A stretch of 64,000 bases of DNA from Leucoraja ocellata (lineage: Eukaryota): the NCBI GenBank assembly GCA_036785375.1, contig JAWMAR010000392.1, positions 1,054,001 through 1,118,000 on the forward strand. The letters are read 5' to 3'. Below, one piece after another: positions 25,700-38,444 of the stretch. Below the pieces are notes generated by a model that made no database searches, had not been told where the DNA came from, and worked only from the letters and a program-made list of their open reading frames with translations. A program made the position numbers and the translations under genes. Within the stretch, counting starts at the first letter, position 1. Every line of letters starts with the position of its first letter.

Positions 25700-26895
25700 T
25701 GTAACACAAAATCAACTCAAACACAGCATATAACCATATAACCATATAACAATTACAGCACGGAAACAGGCCACCTCGACCCTTCTAGTCCGTGCCAAAC
25801 ACATAATCTCCCCTAGTCCCATATACCTGCGCTCAGACCATAACCCTCCATTCCCTTCCCATCCATATAACTATCCAATTTATTTTTAAATGATAAAAAC
25901 GAACATGCCTCCACCACCTTCACTGGAAGCTCATTCCACACAGCTACCACTCTCTGAGTAAAGAAGTTCCCCCTCATGTTACCCCTAAACTTCAGTCCCT
26001 TAATTCTCATGTCATGTCCCCTTGTTTGAATCTTCCCTACTCTCAGTGGGAAAAGCTTTTCCACGTCAACTCTGTCTATCCCTCTCATCATTTTAAAAAC
26101 CTCTATCAAGTCCCCCCTTAACCTTCTGCGCTCCAAAGAATAAAGCCCTAACTTGTTCAACCTTTCTCTGTAACTTAGTTGCTGAAACCCAGGCAACATT
26201 CTAGTAAATCTCCTCTGTACTCTCTCTATTTTGTTGACATCCTTCTTATAATTAGGCGACCAAAATTGTACACCATACTCCAGAATTGGCCTCACCAATG
26301 CCTTGTACAATTTTAACATTACATCCCAACTTCTATACTCAAAGCATATGCCATTTAAAAATAAATGATTTAAAATACAGTAAAAAAAGAATATTACCAG
26401 TCCAAATGTATAAACATTTTATTTTTTAACAAGAATTAACAGAATTATGAACTAACAGAATTATGAATCTAACCCTATATCACACACAAAAACATCCCTC
26501 GCAACGTTGATTGCGCTGCGAGTCGGGTCGGGTAGGTCCCGGTTACTACAAAATCAACTCAAAACACTGCTTGTGAGCCATTTAAAAAGAAATGATTTAA
26601 AAATCATTAAAAAGGACAATTACCAGAGTCAAATATTATTATTGACAAGAATTAACAGATGTATGAACTGACAGAATTATGAATCTAACCCTATATCACA
26701 CACAAACTGTTCCCCGTAACGTTGATCACAGTGCGAGTGGGGTCGGTTCCGGTTACTAAAATGGGCGGGGGGGAATGCCCAGGATCCGCTCCGTGGCGTA
26801 CTACACGTCAGCCCAAAGATCTGCTATAAGGTCTTTGCGTCAGCCCATTGCATTTCGCATGAGTAGCCTATCTTGCTGCGCTATAGGGTCTTTGG
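25700..26895. repeat. Unclassified element with ~215-bp tandem dimer, ending GCTATAGGGTCTTTGG
   Basis: The unit caaaatcaactcaaa...gaatctaaccctatatcacacacaaa...ccggttacta occurs twice. A similar terminal motif occurs at ~45600. Confidence 0.5.
25732..26342 (-). mobile_element. CR1-A insertion, TSD AGCATAT
   Basis: ORF 25813..26319. AGCATAT at 25725-25731 and 26343-26349. Confidence 0.9.
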
Positions 26896-27050
26896 TGAGA
26901 ATGGAACAATGGTCTCCGGCGCTGTGAGGCAGCAACTCTACCGCTGCGCCGATGGGAGGGAAGGGGTTACTCTCACTTTAATTACATTGCTATTTGGACT
27001 TTCATGCTTTAATTGCCCCCTCTGTGTTTGAACGCTCCGCCGGTTCCTAC

Positions 27051-27320
27051 CTGTCTCTGTGTGGTGATTGTAGACCGTTAATGTCACGGTGTCTTTCACG
27101 CTGCTGTTTCCGCCGCTGTAAACCGATATCTCGTACACTCCGCTGTCACTGCGCCGTAAATCCCGCAGTAACAGGGACCCATTCACGGGGTAGAGTTGGA
27201 CTCGCCCCGTGTGGGATGGACTGGTCGTCCAGCGAATTGAACAGTTACAACCGGGTCGGTCAGTGTGTGGAGGGCAGGTTACACAGAAAAGCTGGAGAAA
27301 CTCAGCGGGTGCAGCAGCAT
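27051..27320 (-). CDS. Exon 2: Ig V-set domain (C-terminal half native; 5' boundary uncertain)
   Basis: Reads ...HTGRVQLYPVNGSLLLRDLRRSDSGVYEISVYSGGNSSVKDTVTLTVYNHHTET, with V-set D/E/F/G strand motifs (GRV, NGSLxLxxL, DSGxY, TLTV) and no F-strand Cys. Donor G|GTAGGA is phase 1 at 27051. The start at 27320 uses the acceptor tttccttcgctccatag inside a PLE repeat (270 nt, open frame). Confidence 0.7.
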
Positions 27321-27735
27321 CTATGGAGCGAAGGAAATAGGCAACGTTTCGGGCCGAAACCCTTCTTCAGACTGATCGGGGGTGGGGGTGGGTCGGGACA
27401 AGAAAGGGAAAAGGAGGAGTAGCCAGAAGGCTGGAGGGTGGGAGGAGACAGTAGGGGAGCTGAGGAAGGGGAGGAGACAGCAAGGACTAACAGAATTGGG
27501 AGAATTCGATGTTCATGCCCCGGGGGTGTAGACTCCCCAAACGGAATATGAGGTGCTGTTCCTCCAATTTCCGGTGCTGCTCGCTGTGGCCATGGAGGAG
27601 ACCCAGGACAGAGAGGTCGGAGGCGGAGTGGGAGGGGGAGTTGAAGTGCTGAGCCACCGGGAGGTCAGCTTGGTTATTGTGGACCGAGCGGAGGTGTTCG
27701 GCGATGCTCCCCTACTGTCTCCTCCCACCCTCCAG
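27278..27735 (-). mobile_element. Penelope-like element 3' fragment: GIY-YIG C-terminal region plus terminal repeat with hammerhead motif
   Basis: Minus-strand frame at ~27703-27495 reads AEHLRSVHNNQADLPVAQHFNSPSHSASDLSVLGLLHGHSEQHRKLEEQHLIFRLGSLHPRGMNIEFSQF. Hammerhead core CTGAAGA...GAAACGTT at 27370-27343. Confidence 0.85.
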
Positions 27736-27741
27736 AGGCCA

Positions 27742-28990
27742 TGGAACAGGCCATGTCGACCCTTCTAGTCCGTGCCGAACACATAATCTCCCCTAGTCCC
27801 ATATACCTGCGCTCAGACCATAACCCTCCATTCCCTTCCCATCCATATAACTATCCAATTTATTTTTAAATGATAAAAACGAACCTGCCTCCACCACCTT
27901 CACTGGAAGCTCATTCCACACAGCTACCACTCTCTGAGTAAAGAAGTTCCCCCTCATGTTACCCCTAAACTTCAGTCCCTTAATTCTCATGTCATGTCCC
28001 CTTGTTTGAATCTTCCCTACTCTCAGTGGGAAAAGCTTTTCCACGTCAACTCTGTCTATCCCTCTCATCATTTTAAAACCTCTATCAAGTCCCCCCTTAA
28101 CCTTCTGCGCTCCAAAGAATAAAGCCCTAACTTGTTCAACCTTTCTCTGTAACTTAGTTGCTGAAACCCAGGCAACATTCTAGTAAATCTCCTCTGTACT
28201 CTCTCTATTTTGTTGACATCCTTCCTATAATTAGGCGACCAAAATTGTACACCATACTCCAGAATTGGCCTCACCAATGCCTTGTACAATTTTAACATTA
28301 CATCCCAACTTCTATACTCAATGCTCTGATTTATAAAGGCCAGCACACCAAAAGCTTTCTTTACCACCCTATCTACATGAGATTCCACTTTCAGGGAACT
28401 GTGCACAGTTATTCCCAGATCCCTCTGTTCTCCTACATTCTTCAATTCCCTACCATTTACCATGTACGTCCTATTTTGATTTGTCCTGCCAAGATGTAGC
28501 ACCTCACACTTATCAGCATTAAACTCCATCTGCCATCTTTCAGCCCTCTCTTCCAACTGGCATAAATCTCTCTGTAGACTTTGAAACTCTACATCATTAC
28601 CCGCAACCCCACCTATCTTAGTATCATCTGCATACTTACTAATCCAATTTACCACACCATCATCCAGATCATTGATGTACATGACAAACAACAGTGGACC
28701 CAACACAGATCACTGTGGCACCCCACTAGTCACTGGCCTCCAACCTGACAAACAACTATCCACCATTACTCTCTGGCATCTCCCATTCAGCCACTGTTGA
28801 ATCCATCTTGCTACTCCACCATTAATACCCAACCATTGAACCTTCTTAACCAACCTTCCATGAGGAACCTTGTCAAAGGCCTTACTGAAGTCCATATACA
28901 CAACATCCACTGCGTTACCCTCATCAATTTCCTGTGTAACATCTTCAAAAAATTCAAGAAGATTAGTTAAACATGACCTTCCAGGCACAA
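27742..28990 (-). mobile_element. CR1-A, RT to 3' end, with stop and frameshift
   Basis: ORFs 28710..28988, 28068..28706 (YADD) and 27793..28071. Confidence 0.9.
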
Positions 28991-31900
28991 ATAACAGCGG
29001 CTCAGCGAACTACTGTACACATTGCTAATCGGGGGATTGTGCTGTGGTATGGCCATACTTTACTGAACTGTATTACAGATGAATTTCACTGTGCAAGTTG
29101 CACATGTAACAATAAAACACAATAGAATAATTGAAGAGGCCACGCACCCAACCAACTGGTTGATACATTTTAAGTTGAAGAAAATCTTGCAGTTGAAGAA
29201 AATTTGAAGAAAATAGTACAATTCACAACAATATGAACTTTGAAATGAGTTGCCCAATAATATCAAATGTAGAGTGAAAGTAGCACAGAAGACCATTCAG
29301 CCTTCCAGATCGTGCTGGCTCTTTATAGAATAACTCGCTGGTTCCACACAGCATTCTCCATACTTTTGTAATTATTTTTATTGGCATATTTCTCCACTTC
29401 CCTCTTAGGAACCACAGTGGAACCTACCCCCTCAACCCCAGACAACAGTATGTTCCAGATCTCAACTTTGTGCTTTATTAAACAAAAACATTATTCTACC
29501 CGGAGATTCTGCCTGTCCCGCTGAGTTACTCCAGCATTTTGTGTCTGTCTTCGGTGCAGACTGGTATCTGCAGTTCCTTCCTGCAAGTTTCACCTCATGT
29601 TGCTCTAAATAGACGGGAAAGGTTTGGAAGGGACAGCAAGCAAGTGGGAATAAGTAGTGAGGCAACGTGGTTAGTAGAGACGAGTTCAGCCGAAGGGTCT
29701 GATTCCGTGCTATATAACTATGACTATCACTCTACCCCTTTATTTCACACCCAAGACTTCCAATCCTCGATCGCTCCTTGAAGAAAACAGCCTCCTACCT
29801 CCAAACCTTTCATTATTTTATATATTTATTGTCAAATCAACCTCTCTTGCACAATAAAAGCTGTCCCAGCCCCTCTAATCCCACTTCATAACCATTTTCT
29901 CATTCTCTTTCATATTCTCCAAGTGTAGTATAGATTATTGGCAGTATGCCGAGGTACAATGTTTTTGTTGCGTGCTAATCAGTCAGTGGAAACACAATAC
30001 ATGGTTACAATCGAGTCATCCACGGTGTACAGATACAAGATAAAGGAAATACATTTAGTGCAAGATAAAGTCCAGTAAAGTCCGATCAAAGATAGCTCGA
30101 GGGTCTCCAATGAGGTGGATAACATCTCATGCGGGCTTGTAGGTTATTTTGTTTCTGTAGGTACACAAAAAAAGCTGTAGAAACTCAGCGGGTGCAGCAG
30201 CGTCTATGGAGCAAAGGAAATAGGCAACGTTTCAGGCAGAAACCCTTCTTCAGACTGAAGAAGGGTTTCGGCCCGAAACGTTGCCTATTTCCTTCGCTCC
30301 ATAGATGCTGCTGCACCCGCTGAGTTTCTCCAACCTTTTTGTGTACCTTCGATTTTCCAGCATCTGCAGTTCCTTCTTAAACATTTAGTTTCTGTACATT
30401 GCTACTAATGTGTAGGGAGTGGATGACGTGGATGTTTTCAAGAGAGAGTTAGATATGGCTCTTAGGACTGACGGAATCAAGGGACATGCGGAGAAAGCAG
30501 GAACAGGGTACTGATTCTGCATGATCAGCAGTGATCATATTGAATGGCGGTGCTGGCTCGAAGGGCCAAATGGCCTACTCCTGCACCTATTTTCTATGTT
30601 TCTATGAATAACACGTGTGCATGGGTGATCAATGGTCAGCGTGGGCTTGATGGGCTGAAGGGCCTGTTTCCATGCTATGTGAAGTCATAGAGTCATGCAG
30701 GATGGAAACAGGCCCCTCAGCCGAACCTGCCCTTGCGGACCAAAATGCCCCATCTACACTAGTCTTACATACCTGTACGTACGTTGTCCCATATCCCTCT
30801 AAACCTGTCTTATCCATCCTGTATCTGTAAATGTTTCTGGGTCCTCTCTATCGTGTTCATACCCTTTCTAAAATGGTCGATGAGAATTGAATATATCACT
30901 CCAGTTTGAGGTTAAACCGGTGTTTCACAAATAGTTCAGTGTGACTTCTCTGCTTCTAACGTTCTATGAATAAAACCCATGATTGCGTGTACCTTATTAA
31001 CTGCTTTCTCAATAGGTCTAGTCACGTACCATGACCTGTACACATGTAAAGAGTAAAGCAGCCACTTTGCACAGATGAGGTTCCCACAAAGAGAAAGCCG
31101 GTTTGATTCAACCATTTGTTTCAGTGGTAGCGGTGTGGAATGAGCTTCCAGTGGAAGTGGTGGAGGCAGGTTCATTGGTATCATTTAAAAATAAATTGGA
31201 TAGGCATATGGATGAGAAGGAAATGGAGGGTTATGGTATGAGTGCAGGCAGGTGGGACTAAGGGGGGAAAAAATTTGTTCGGCACGGACTTGTAGGGCCG
31301 AGATGGCCTGTTTCCGTGCTGTAATTGTTATATGGTTATATGGTTAACTGGTGACTCTGTACATTGTCTCAGTGTACTACTGCGATACACTTGTACTGTA
31401 GCTGAGATGCTGATCTAAGATGTATCTACGTGCTTATGTATAGTGATACTTGTACTGAACTGTACACAAAAATGAAATTCACTGAACCTCGAGTGTCAGG
31501 GGTTGTGGAGAGAAAGCAGGGGAAAGGGGTTGAGAGGGAGAGATAGATCAGCCATGATTGAATGGTAGTGTAGACTTGATGGGCCAAAAGGTCTAATTCT
31601 GCTCCTATCACTTGTGAACATGAGAGATATAAAGACCGTTGACCTATTGAGACATTTGGCCCACAATGTCCATGAAGAGTGTAACACCGGTCTAAACTAA
31701 TCTCTGTCTGCACATGATGACTATCCCCCTATTCCCAGCATATCCATGTGTCTATCTAAAAGCCTCCAAAACACCACTATCATATCTGCCTCCATCACCA
31801 CACCCCTGGCAGGGCCACCATCCTCTGTGTAGAAAGATAGAAACATAGGAACATAGAAAATAGATGCAGGAGTAGGCCATTCGACCCTTCGAGCCAGCAC

Positions 31901-32971
31901 CGCCATTCAATATGATCATGGCTGATCACCCAAAATCAATATCCCGTTCCTGTTTTCTCCCCATATCCCTTGATTCCATTAGCTCTAAGAGCTAAATCTA
32001 ACCCTCAATTGAAAGCATCCAGTGAATTGGCCTCCACTGCCTTCTGTGGCAGAGAATTCCACAGATTCACAACTCTCTGGGTGAAAATGTTTTTCCTCAT
32101 CTCGGTCCTAAATGGTCTACCCCTTATTCTTAAACTGTGTGACCCCTGGATCTGGATTCCCCCAACATCAGGAAAAACAACAGCCCCTTCAGCCCAACTT
32201 GCCCACACCGGCCAACATTGGCCAGCTACACTAACAGGCTAAGTGGGGCCTCGCATGGTGGCATAGATGGGCCGAGGAAAGAACACTGTTATATATAATC
32301 TTGTTCAAAACACTAAATGCTGGAGTGACTCAGCGGGGCAGGCAAAATCCAGAGAAGCATGGAGTCACAGAGTGATACATCGTGGAAACAGGTCCTTCGG
32401 CCAACCGAGTCCTCGCCAACCAGCCGACACACACTCAGGATAATTTTACAATTTACTGCAGACCTGAATTAATAAACAATTGATCTTGAATTAATCTCCA
32501 CCAGACGTTCCCCTAACACAAACCTGACCTGTTGGTAATCCCTTTGTGCAATTGTAACAATTTATAGTCATAGAGTGATACAGTGTGGAAACAGGTACTT
32601 CAGTCCAACTTGCCCACATGGTCAACTTGCCCCAGATGCACTAGTCCCACCTGCCCGCGTTTAGTCCATATCCTTCCAAACATGTCCTATCCATGTTCCT
32701 GTCTAACTGTTTATTAAACGATGGATATAGTCCCAGCCTCAACTACCTCCTCTGGCAGATTGTTCCATTCACCTGCCACCCTTTGTGCGAAAACGTTACC
32801 CCTCAGATTCCTATTAAATCTTTTCCCCTCACCTTAAATCTATGTTCCCTGGTCCTCGATTCACCAACTTCCCGATCTATTCCTCTCGTGATTTGATACA
32901 CTGTGGAGGATTCCTATGTGGAGCGAACTCGCATTACAACAAAGACAAATAAAACAATCTCACCGACTTAC

Positions 32972-33065
32972 CCGAGAGACAAACCCAAGTGGCGGCGAGG
33001 ATGAAAATGCCGGAGAAATCGTTTTCCCTGCGAGTTCTTCGCCGCGGTGTACGATTCTCGGACAT
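32972..33065 (-). CDS. Exon 1 (leader/signal peptide) of predicted CD2/SLAM-like Ig receptor
   Basis: ATG at 33065 reads MSENRTPRRRTRRENDFSGIFILAATWVCLS, followed by a G|GTAAGT consensus donor in phase 1. Basic n-region plus hydrophobic core, in a CpG-rich unique segment. Confidence 0.7.
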
Positions 33066-34078
33066 CACCAGTTCGAATGTGTCTTGCGGCGCTTCAGCGA
33101 GAGCGGGTACCAGTGACAAAAACACAGCGGCGCAGAGGTGGAGTTACTGCCTCACAGCGCTTGCAGCGCCAGAGCCCCGGGTTCGATCCCGACCTCGGGT
33201 GCTGTCTGTATGGAGTTTGCACGTTCTCCCCGTGACCCGCGCGGGGTTTCTCCTCGATCTTCGGTTTAAAATTGGTATGAATGTAAAATTGTCTCTAGTG
33301 TGTGTAGGATAGTGTTAGTGTGCTGGGCATCGCTGCTCGGTGCGGGCTCGATGGGCCGAAAGGTCTGTTTCCGCGCTGTACCGCTAAACTACAAAGTAAA
33401 TGAAACACAACTGCATCGGGGCCAACAATCGCAGAGGTAAAGCGAAACGTCTCCTCTGTCAGGCTTCAAGTCGAAATTGCAGGAGGTGCCAGTTCTTGTC
33501 GAGGAGCGGCTCTGGGAGGGGAGGTGTTTAATTTCGTGAGGCTCTCCATCTGAACAACTCGCGGGTGCAAACACTTACCACAGCAAACTGTGTACAGTGA
33601 CATTATGTGTCGATCTACGGTGTAAACCGGCTTCCGCAGTTCCTTCTTGCATAAAATCACGAGGGGAATAGATCGGAGAGAAGCACAAAGTCTCTTGCCC
33701 AGAATAGGTGAAGCGAGCAGCAGAGGGCATCGCTTTCCGGTGAAGGGGGAAAGATTTAATAGGAATCTGAGAGGTAACTTGCTCGACGGGCCGAATGGCC
33801 TACTCGTGCACCTATTTTTCTATGTTTCTGTCCTGGGCTTCCTTCAGTAGCAAAGTGAGGGTACAGCATATTTTGCGTTGGCAGCTTGCAACCCAGCGAA
33901 CATCAATGTCTCTAATTTCCAGTAACTCCTCCATACCCATCCCCCCCCCCCCCCCCCCCCCCATCCCCTACCGTAGTCAGCATTCTAGTTCCACTGTTCG
34001 CATCCTTGTACCCCTGTCAAGTTGCACATTTATCCGGCGACAGTGTGGGTTTCCTCCAGGTGCTCCAGCTTCCTCCCA

Positions 34079-34562
34079 CATTTACTAGAATGTTGCCTGG
34101 GTTTCAACAACTAAGTTACAGAGATAGGTTGAATAAGTTATGTCTTTATTCTCTGGAGCGCAGAAGGTTAAGGGGGGACCTGATAGAGGTCTTTAAAATG
34201 ATGAGAGGGCTAGACAGAGTTGATGTGGACAAGCTTTTCCCTTTGAGAATAGGGAAGATTCAAACAAGAGGACATGACTTCAGAATTAAGGGACAGAAGT
34301 TTAGGGGTAATATGAGGGGGAACTTCTTTACGCAGAGAGTGGTGGCGGTGTGGAATGAGCTCCCAGTGGAAGTGGTGGAGGCAGGTTCATTGGTATCATT
34401 TAAAAATAAATTGGATAGGCATATGGATGAGAAGGGAATGGAGGGTTATGGTACGAGTGCAGGCAGGTGGGACTAAGGGGGAAAAAATTTGTTCGGCATG
34501 GACTTGTAGGGCCGAGATGGCCTGTTTCCGTGCTGTAATTGTTATATGGTTATATGGTTATA
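34079..34562 (+). mobile_element. CR1-A 3' fragment inserted in a V-SINE
   Basis: ORF 34006..34476 plus tail. Confidence 0.85.
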
Positions 34563-35069
34563 TCCCAAAGTTTGCGGGGTTGTGGGTTAACTGGCTTCCC
34601 TAAGTGTGTAGGGAGTGGATGAGAACGTGAGATAACATTGAACTAGTGTGAATAGGTGATCGGTGGTCTGCATGGACTGGCTGGCCGAATGGCCTGTTTC
34701 CATGCTGTGTCTTTCAATAATCAATCGTTCTTTAAATCCTCATTTTCCTTTATTGATGTGCGTGAGAAATCCAGGGCATTGGAAAAACCAGCGAGGGTTT
34801 TTTAGAAACCTAGAAACAGGAAAATAGGTGCAGGAGTAGGCCATTCGGTCCTTCGAGCCAACACCGCCATTCAATATGATCATGGCTGATCATCCTAAAT
34901 CAGTACCCCGTTCCTACTTTCTCCCCATATCCCTTGATTCCATTAACACTAAGAGCTAAATCTAACTTGAAAACATCCAGTGAATTGGCCTCCACTGCCT
35001 TCTGTGGCAGAAAATGCCACAGATTCACAACTCTCTGGGCGTTAATGTTTTTCCTCATCTCAGTCCTTA

Positions 35070-35657
35070 ATAACCATATAACCATATAACCATATAACCA
35101 TATAACAATTACAGCACGGAAACAGGCCATCTCGACCCTTCTAGTCCGTGCCGAACACATAATCTCCCCTACTGCCATATACCTGCGCTCAGACCATAAC
35201 CCTCCATTCCCTTCCCATCCATATAACTATCCAATTTACTTTTAAATGATAAAAACGAACCTGCCTCCACCACCTTCACTGGAAGCTCATTCCACACAGC
35301 TACCACTCTCTGAGTAAAGAAGCTCCCCCTCATGTTACCCCTAAACTTCAGTCCCTTAATTCACATGTCATGCCCCCTTGTTTGAATCTTCCCTACTCTC
35401 AGTGGGAAAAGCTTTTCCACGTTAACTCTGTCTATCCCTCTCATCATTTTAAAAACCTCTATCAAGTCCCCCCTTAACCTTCTGCGCTCCAAAGAATAAA
35501 GCCCTAACTTGTTCAACCTTTCTCTGTAACTTAGTTGCTGAAACCCAGGCAACATTCTAGTAATTCTCCTCTGTACTCTCTCTATTTTGTTGACATCCTT
35601 CCTATAATTAGGCGACCAAAATTGTACACCATACTCCAGAATTGGCCTCACCAATGC
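35070..35657 (-). mobile_element. CR1-A 3' fragment
   Basis: ORF 35361..35654 and (TAACCATA)n tail. Confidence 0.85.
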
Positions 35658-36769
35658 CTACCCATTATTGGCCTACCCATTATTCCTAAATCCCAGGGCA
35701 TTTGAAAAACCAGTGTTTTTTTTTGGCTTGAGATAGTTTTGAAACGATGGTCCAACAGGAGAAGGTGCAGGAGATGTGAGGTTCATCTGCCTTGCCCCAT
35801 GGTGAATGCTCTGCCTATAATGACCCTCAATGTATATGCTCCACGACATTTCCAGGAACAGCTCCATGTAAACCAATACAGCTCAGTGGTCCCAGCATTT
35901 CATGTCTATCTTCAGTTTAAACCAGCATCCACAGTTCCTTCAACACAGGTGTGTATGTTAATTGGCTTTGGTAAAATTGTACATTGTCCCCAGTGTGTAG
36001 GATAGTCAATAACCAATAGTACTTTATTTAGTGCTAGCGTACACGGTGACTGCTGGTCGGCATGTACTCGGTGGGCCGAAGGGCCTGTTTCAGCAATGTA
36101 TCTCTAAACTAAACTAATCCTAACTATAAAACACACTGTAACCTGAGCAGCTCAACCAAGCAGCTGAAAGGTTATTTTTGACATGCAGACTGCTCTTGAA
36201 GTTGGACACACAATGCTGGAGTTACTCAGTGGGACAGGCAGCATCTCTGGAGAGAAGGAATGGGTGACGTTTCGGGTCGAGTCCCTTCTTCAGACCCACA
36301 TTATTACACACCTTGCATTTTACCAAGGTCCTCATTTGAAGGGAAACCCTCTCTCCTGACTCTCAGTCTGAGTAAGGGTCTCGACCTGACACGTCACCCA
36401 TTCCTTCTCTCCAGAGATGCTGCCTGCCCCGCTGAGTTACTCCAGCATTTTGTGTCTATCTTTGGTGTAAATCAACATCTGCAGTTCCTTGCTACACTGC
36501 TCTTGAAGCTGTTCTATGTGCTGCTGCACCACAAACCACCAGCATCTCGCTGTTCTGCTTTGCGTGACCTACACTTGATGTGTGAAAGCCCCACTCACCT
36601 CACTGCCATTGGATCACGTGCAGGACAACTCAGTCAGCATGGAGCAGCACATTAGAGTCATAGAGTGATACAGTGTGGAAACAGGCACTTCGGCCCAACT
36701 TGCCCACACCGCAGTAATGTCATCAACACATCTCAGTCAGTCGCCCATTGCATTGAAGTCTGGAAAGTA

Positions 36770-37310
36770 GAGAGTAGACAGTAGACAGTGGACAATAGGT
36801 GCAGGAGTAGAGGCCATTCGGTCCTTTCAGCCAGCACCGCCATTCAATGTGATCATGGCTGATCATCCCCAATCAGTACCGCGTTCATGCCTTCTCCCCA
36901 TTTCCCCGGACTCTGCTATCTTCAAGAGCCCTATCTAGCTCTTTCTTGAAAGTATCCAGTGAAACGGCCTCCACCGCCCTCTGAGGCAGAGAATCCCACA
37001 GACTCACAACTCTCTGTGACAAAAAGTGTTTACTCGTCTTTGTTCTAAATGGCTTACCACTTATTCTAAAACTATGGCCCCTGGTTCTGGACTCCCCCAA
37101 CATCGGGAACATGTTTCCTGCCTCTAGTGTGTCCAAACACCTACTAATCTTATATGTTTCAATAAGATCCCCTCTCATCCTTCTAAATTCCAGAGTATAC
37201 AAGCCCAACCGCTCCATTCTCTCAGCATATGACAGTCCCTCCATCCCGGGAATTAACCTGGTGAACCTACGCTGCACTCCCTCAATTGCAAGAATGTCCT
37301 TTCTCAAATT
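36770..37310 (-). mobile_element. CR1 3' fragment (separate subfamily, (GTCTACT)n-like tail)
   Basis: C-terminal part of ORF 36885..38036: LRKDILAIEGVQRRFTRLIPGM... Confidence 0.8.
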
Positions 37311-37584
37311 ACATGGCCGTCTGAAGGGGGGGTGCGTTGGGGTCCCACAGAGTAAGAAAAAATACCGAGGGAAATTTTTTTTTTTAATCGGAAAATAAAA
37401 ATCGGAAAAAGAATTTGGCTCGCGGGATAAGGGAGTGCCCATTTCTCCGGGCCCGGGGGGGGGGGACTGAATCTGAACCCAGCGGCTGTAACCCCAACAC
37501 CAGATGCCGCTGCGGTGGGGCCAGCTCCCCTTGCCTCCCCGCCTCCCCCTGCCGCCAGGGCCCAAGCCATCTTCCCCCCACACC

Positions 37585-38062
37585 AGCCCCGCTGGGCCCA
37601 CCCCACCCCTGCTGGCCCACGCCACCCCCACTGGGCCCAAGCTACCCCCGCTGGCCCACGCCACCCCCGCTGGGCCCACGCCACCCCCGCTGGGCCCACG
37701 CCACCCCCGCTGGCCCACACCACCCTCGCTGGGCCCAAGTCGCCCAAGCTGGGCCACGCCACCCCCGCTGGGCCCACACCAGCCACGCTGGGCCCAAGCC
37801 ACCCATGCTGGGCCCACGCCATGCCCACTGGGCACAAGCCACCCCCGCTGGGCCCACACCACCCTAACTGGGCCCACGCCACCCCCGCTGGGCCCACGCC
37901 ACCCCCACTGGGCCCACGCCACCCCCGCTGAGCCCACACCACCCCCGCTGAGCCCAAGCCTCTCCCGCTTGGCCCACACCACCCCTGCTGACCCCATTGG
38001 GCCCACGCCACCCCCGCTGACCCCCACTGGGCCCACGCCACCCCAGCTGGGCCCACGCCACC
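37585..38062. repeat. GC-rich minisatellite, ~20-21-bp unit CCCCGCTGGGCCCACGCCACC
   Basis: About 22 tandem degenerate units, producing spurious long ORFs in most frames. Confidence 0.9.
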
Positions 38063-38444
38063 TTCATCTTCGTCCCCCCATCCCCACCAGAAAGAGGGGG
38101 GGGATGTGGGAGGGGGAGAGAGAGAGGGAAGAGGGAAAGGGGGATTATCTTTAGTGAGATTGCAAAATTAAGGTAGATTTTAGAGCTATTATATTTTCTC
38201 CTCCATATGAATAATTTTAAACAATATCAAATAATATCAAACAATTGGAACTGCTTTCTATTCCTTGAAACTAATACTGAAAAATATGAATTCCATAGTT
38301 TGTGACATAAATACACATTTTAATGGGATCATTATATACAGATGTAACATTTCCCTTTTGAGATCGGGGGGTGGGGGGTGGGGGGGGGCAAATATGCGTC
38401 AAGCCGATAGCCTAATCGTTAAAGAGTTAAAAGATAGCCTAATC

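Noticed and set aside
36590-36775. Minus-strand acceptor (~36770) and GAG|GTGAGT donor (~36598)
   Set aside because: There are stops in all three frames and a CR1 tail insertion in between. It is at best non-coding and cannot be supported from sequence alone.
36885-38154. Long ORFs (216-383 aa) in several frames
   Set aside because: These are translations of a stop-poor GC minisatellite, one fused to a CR1 fragment.
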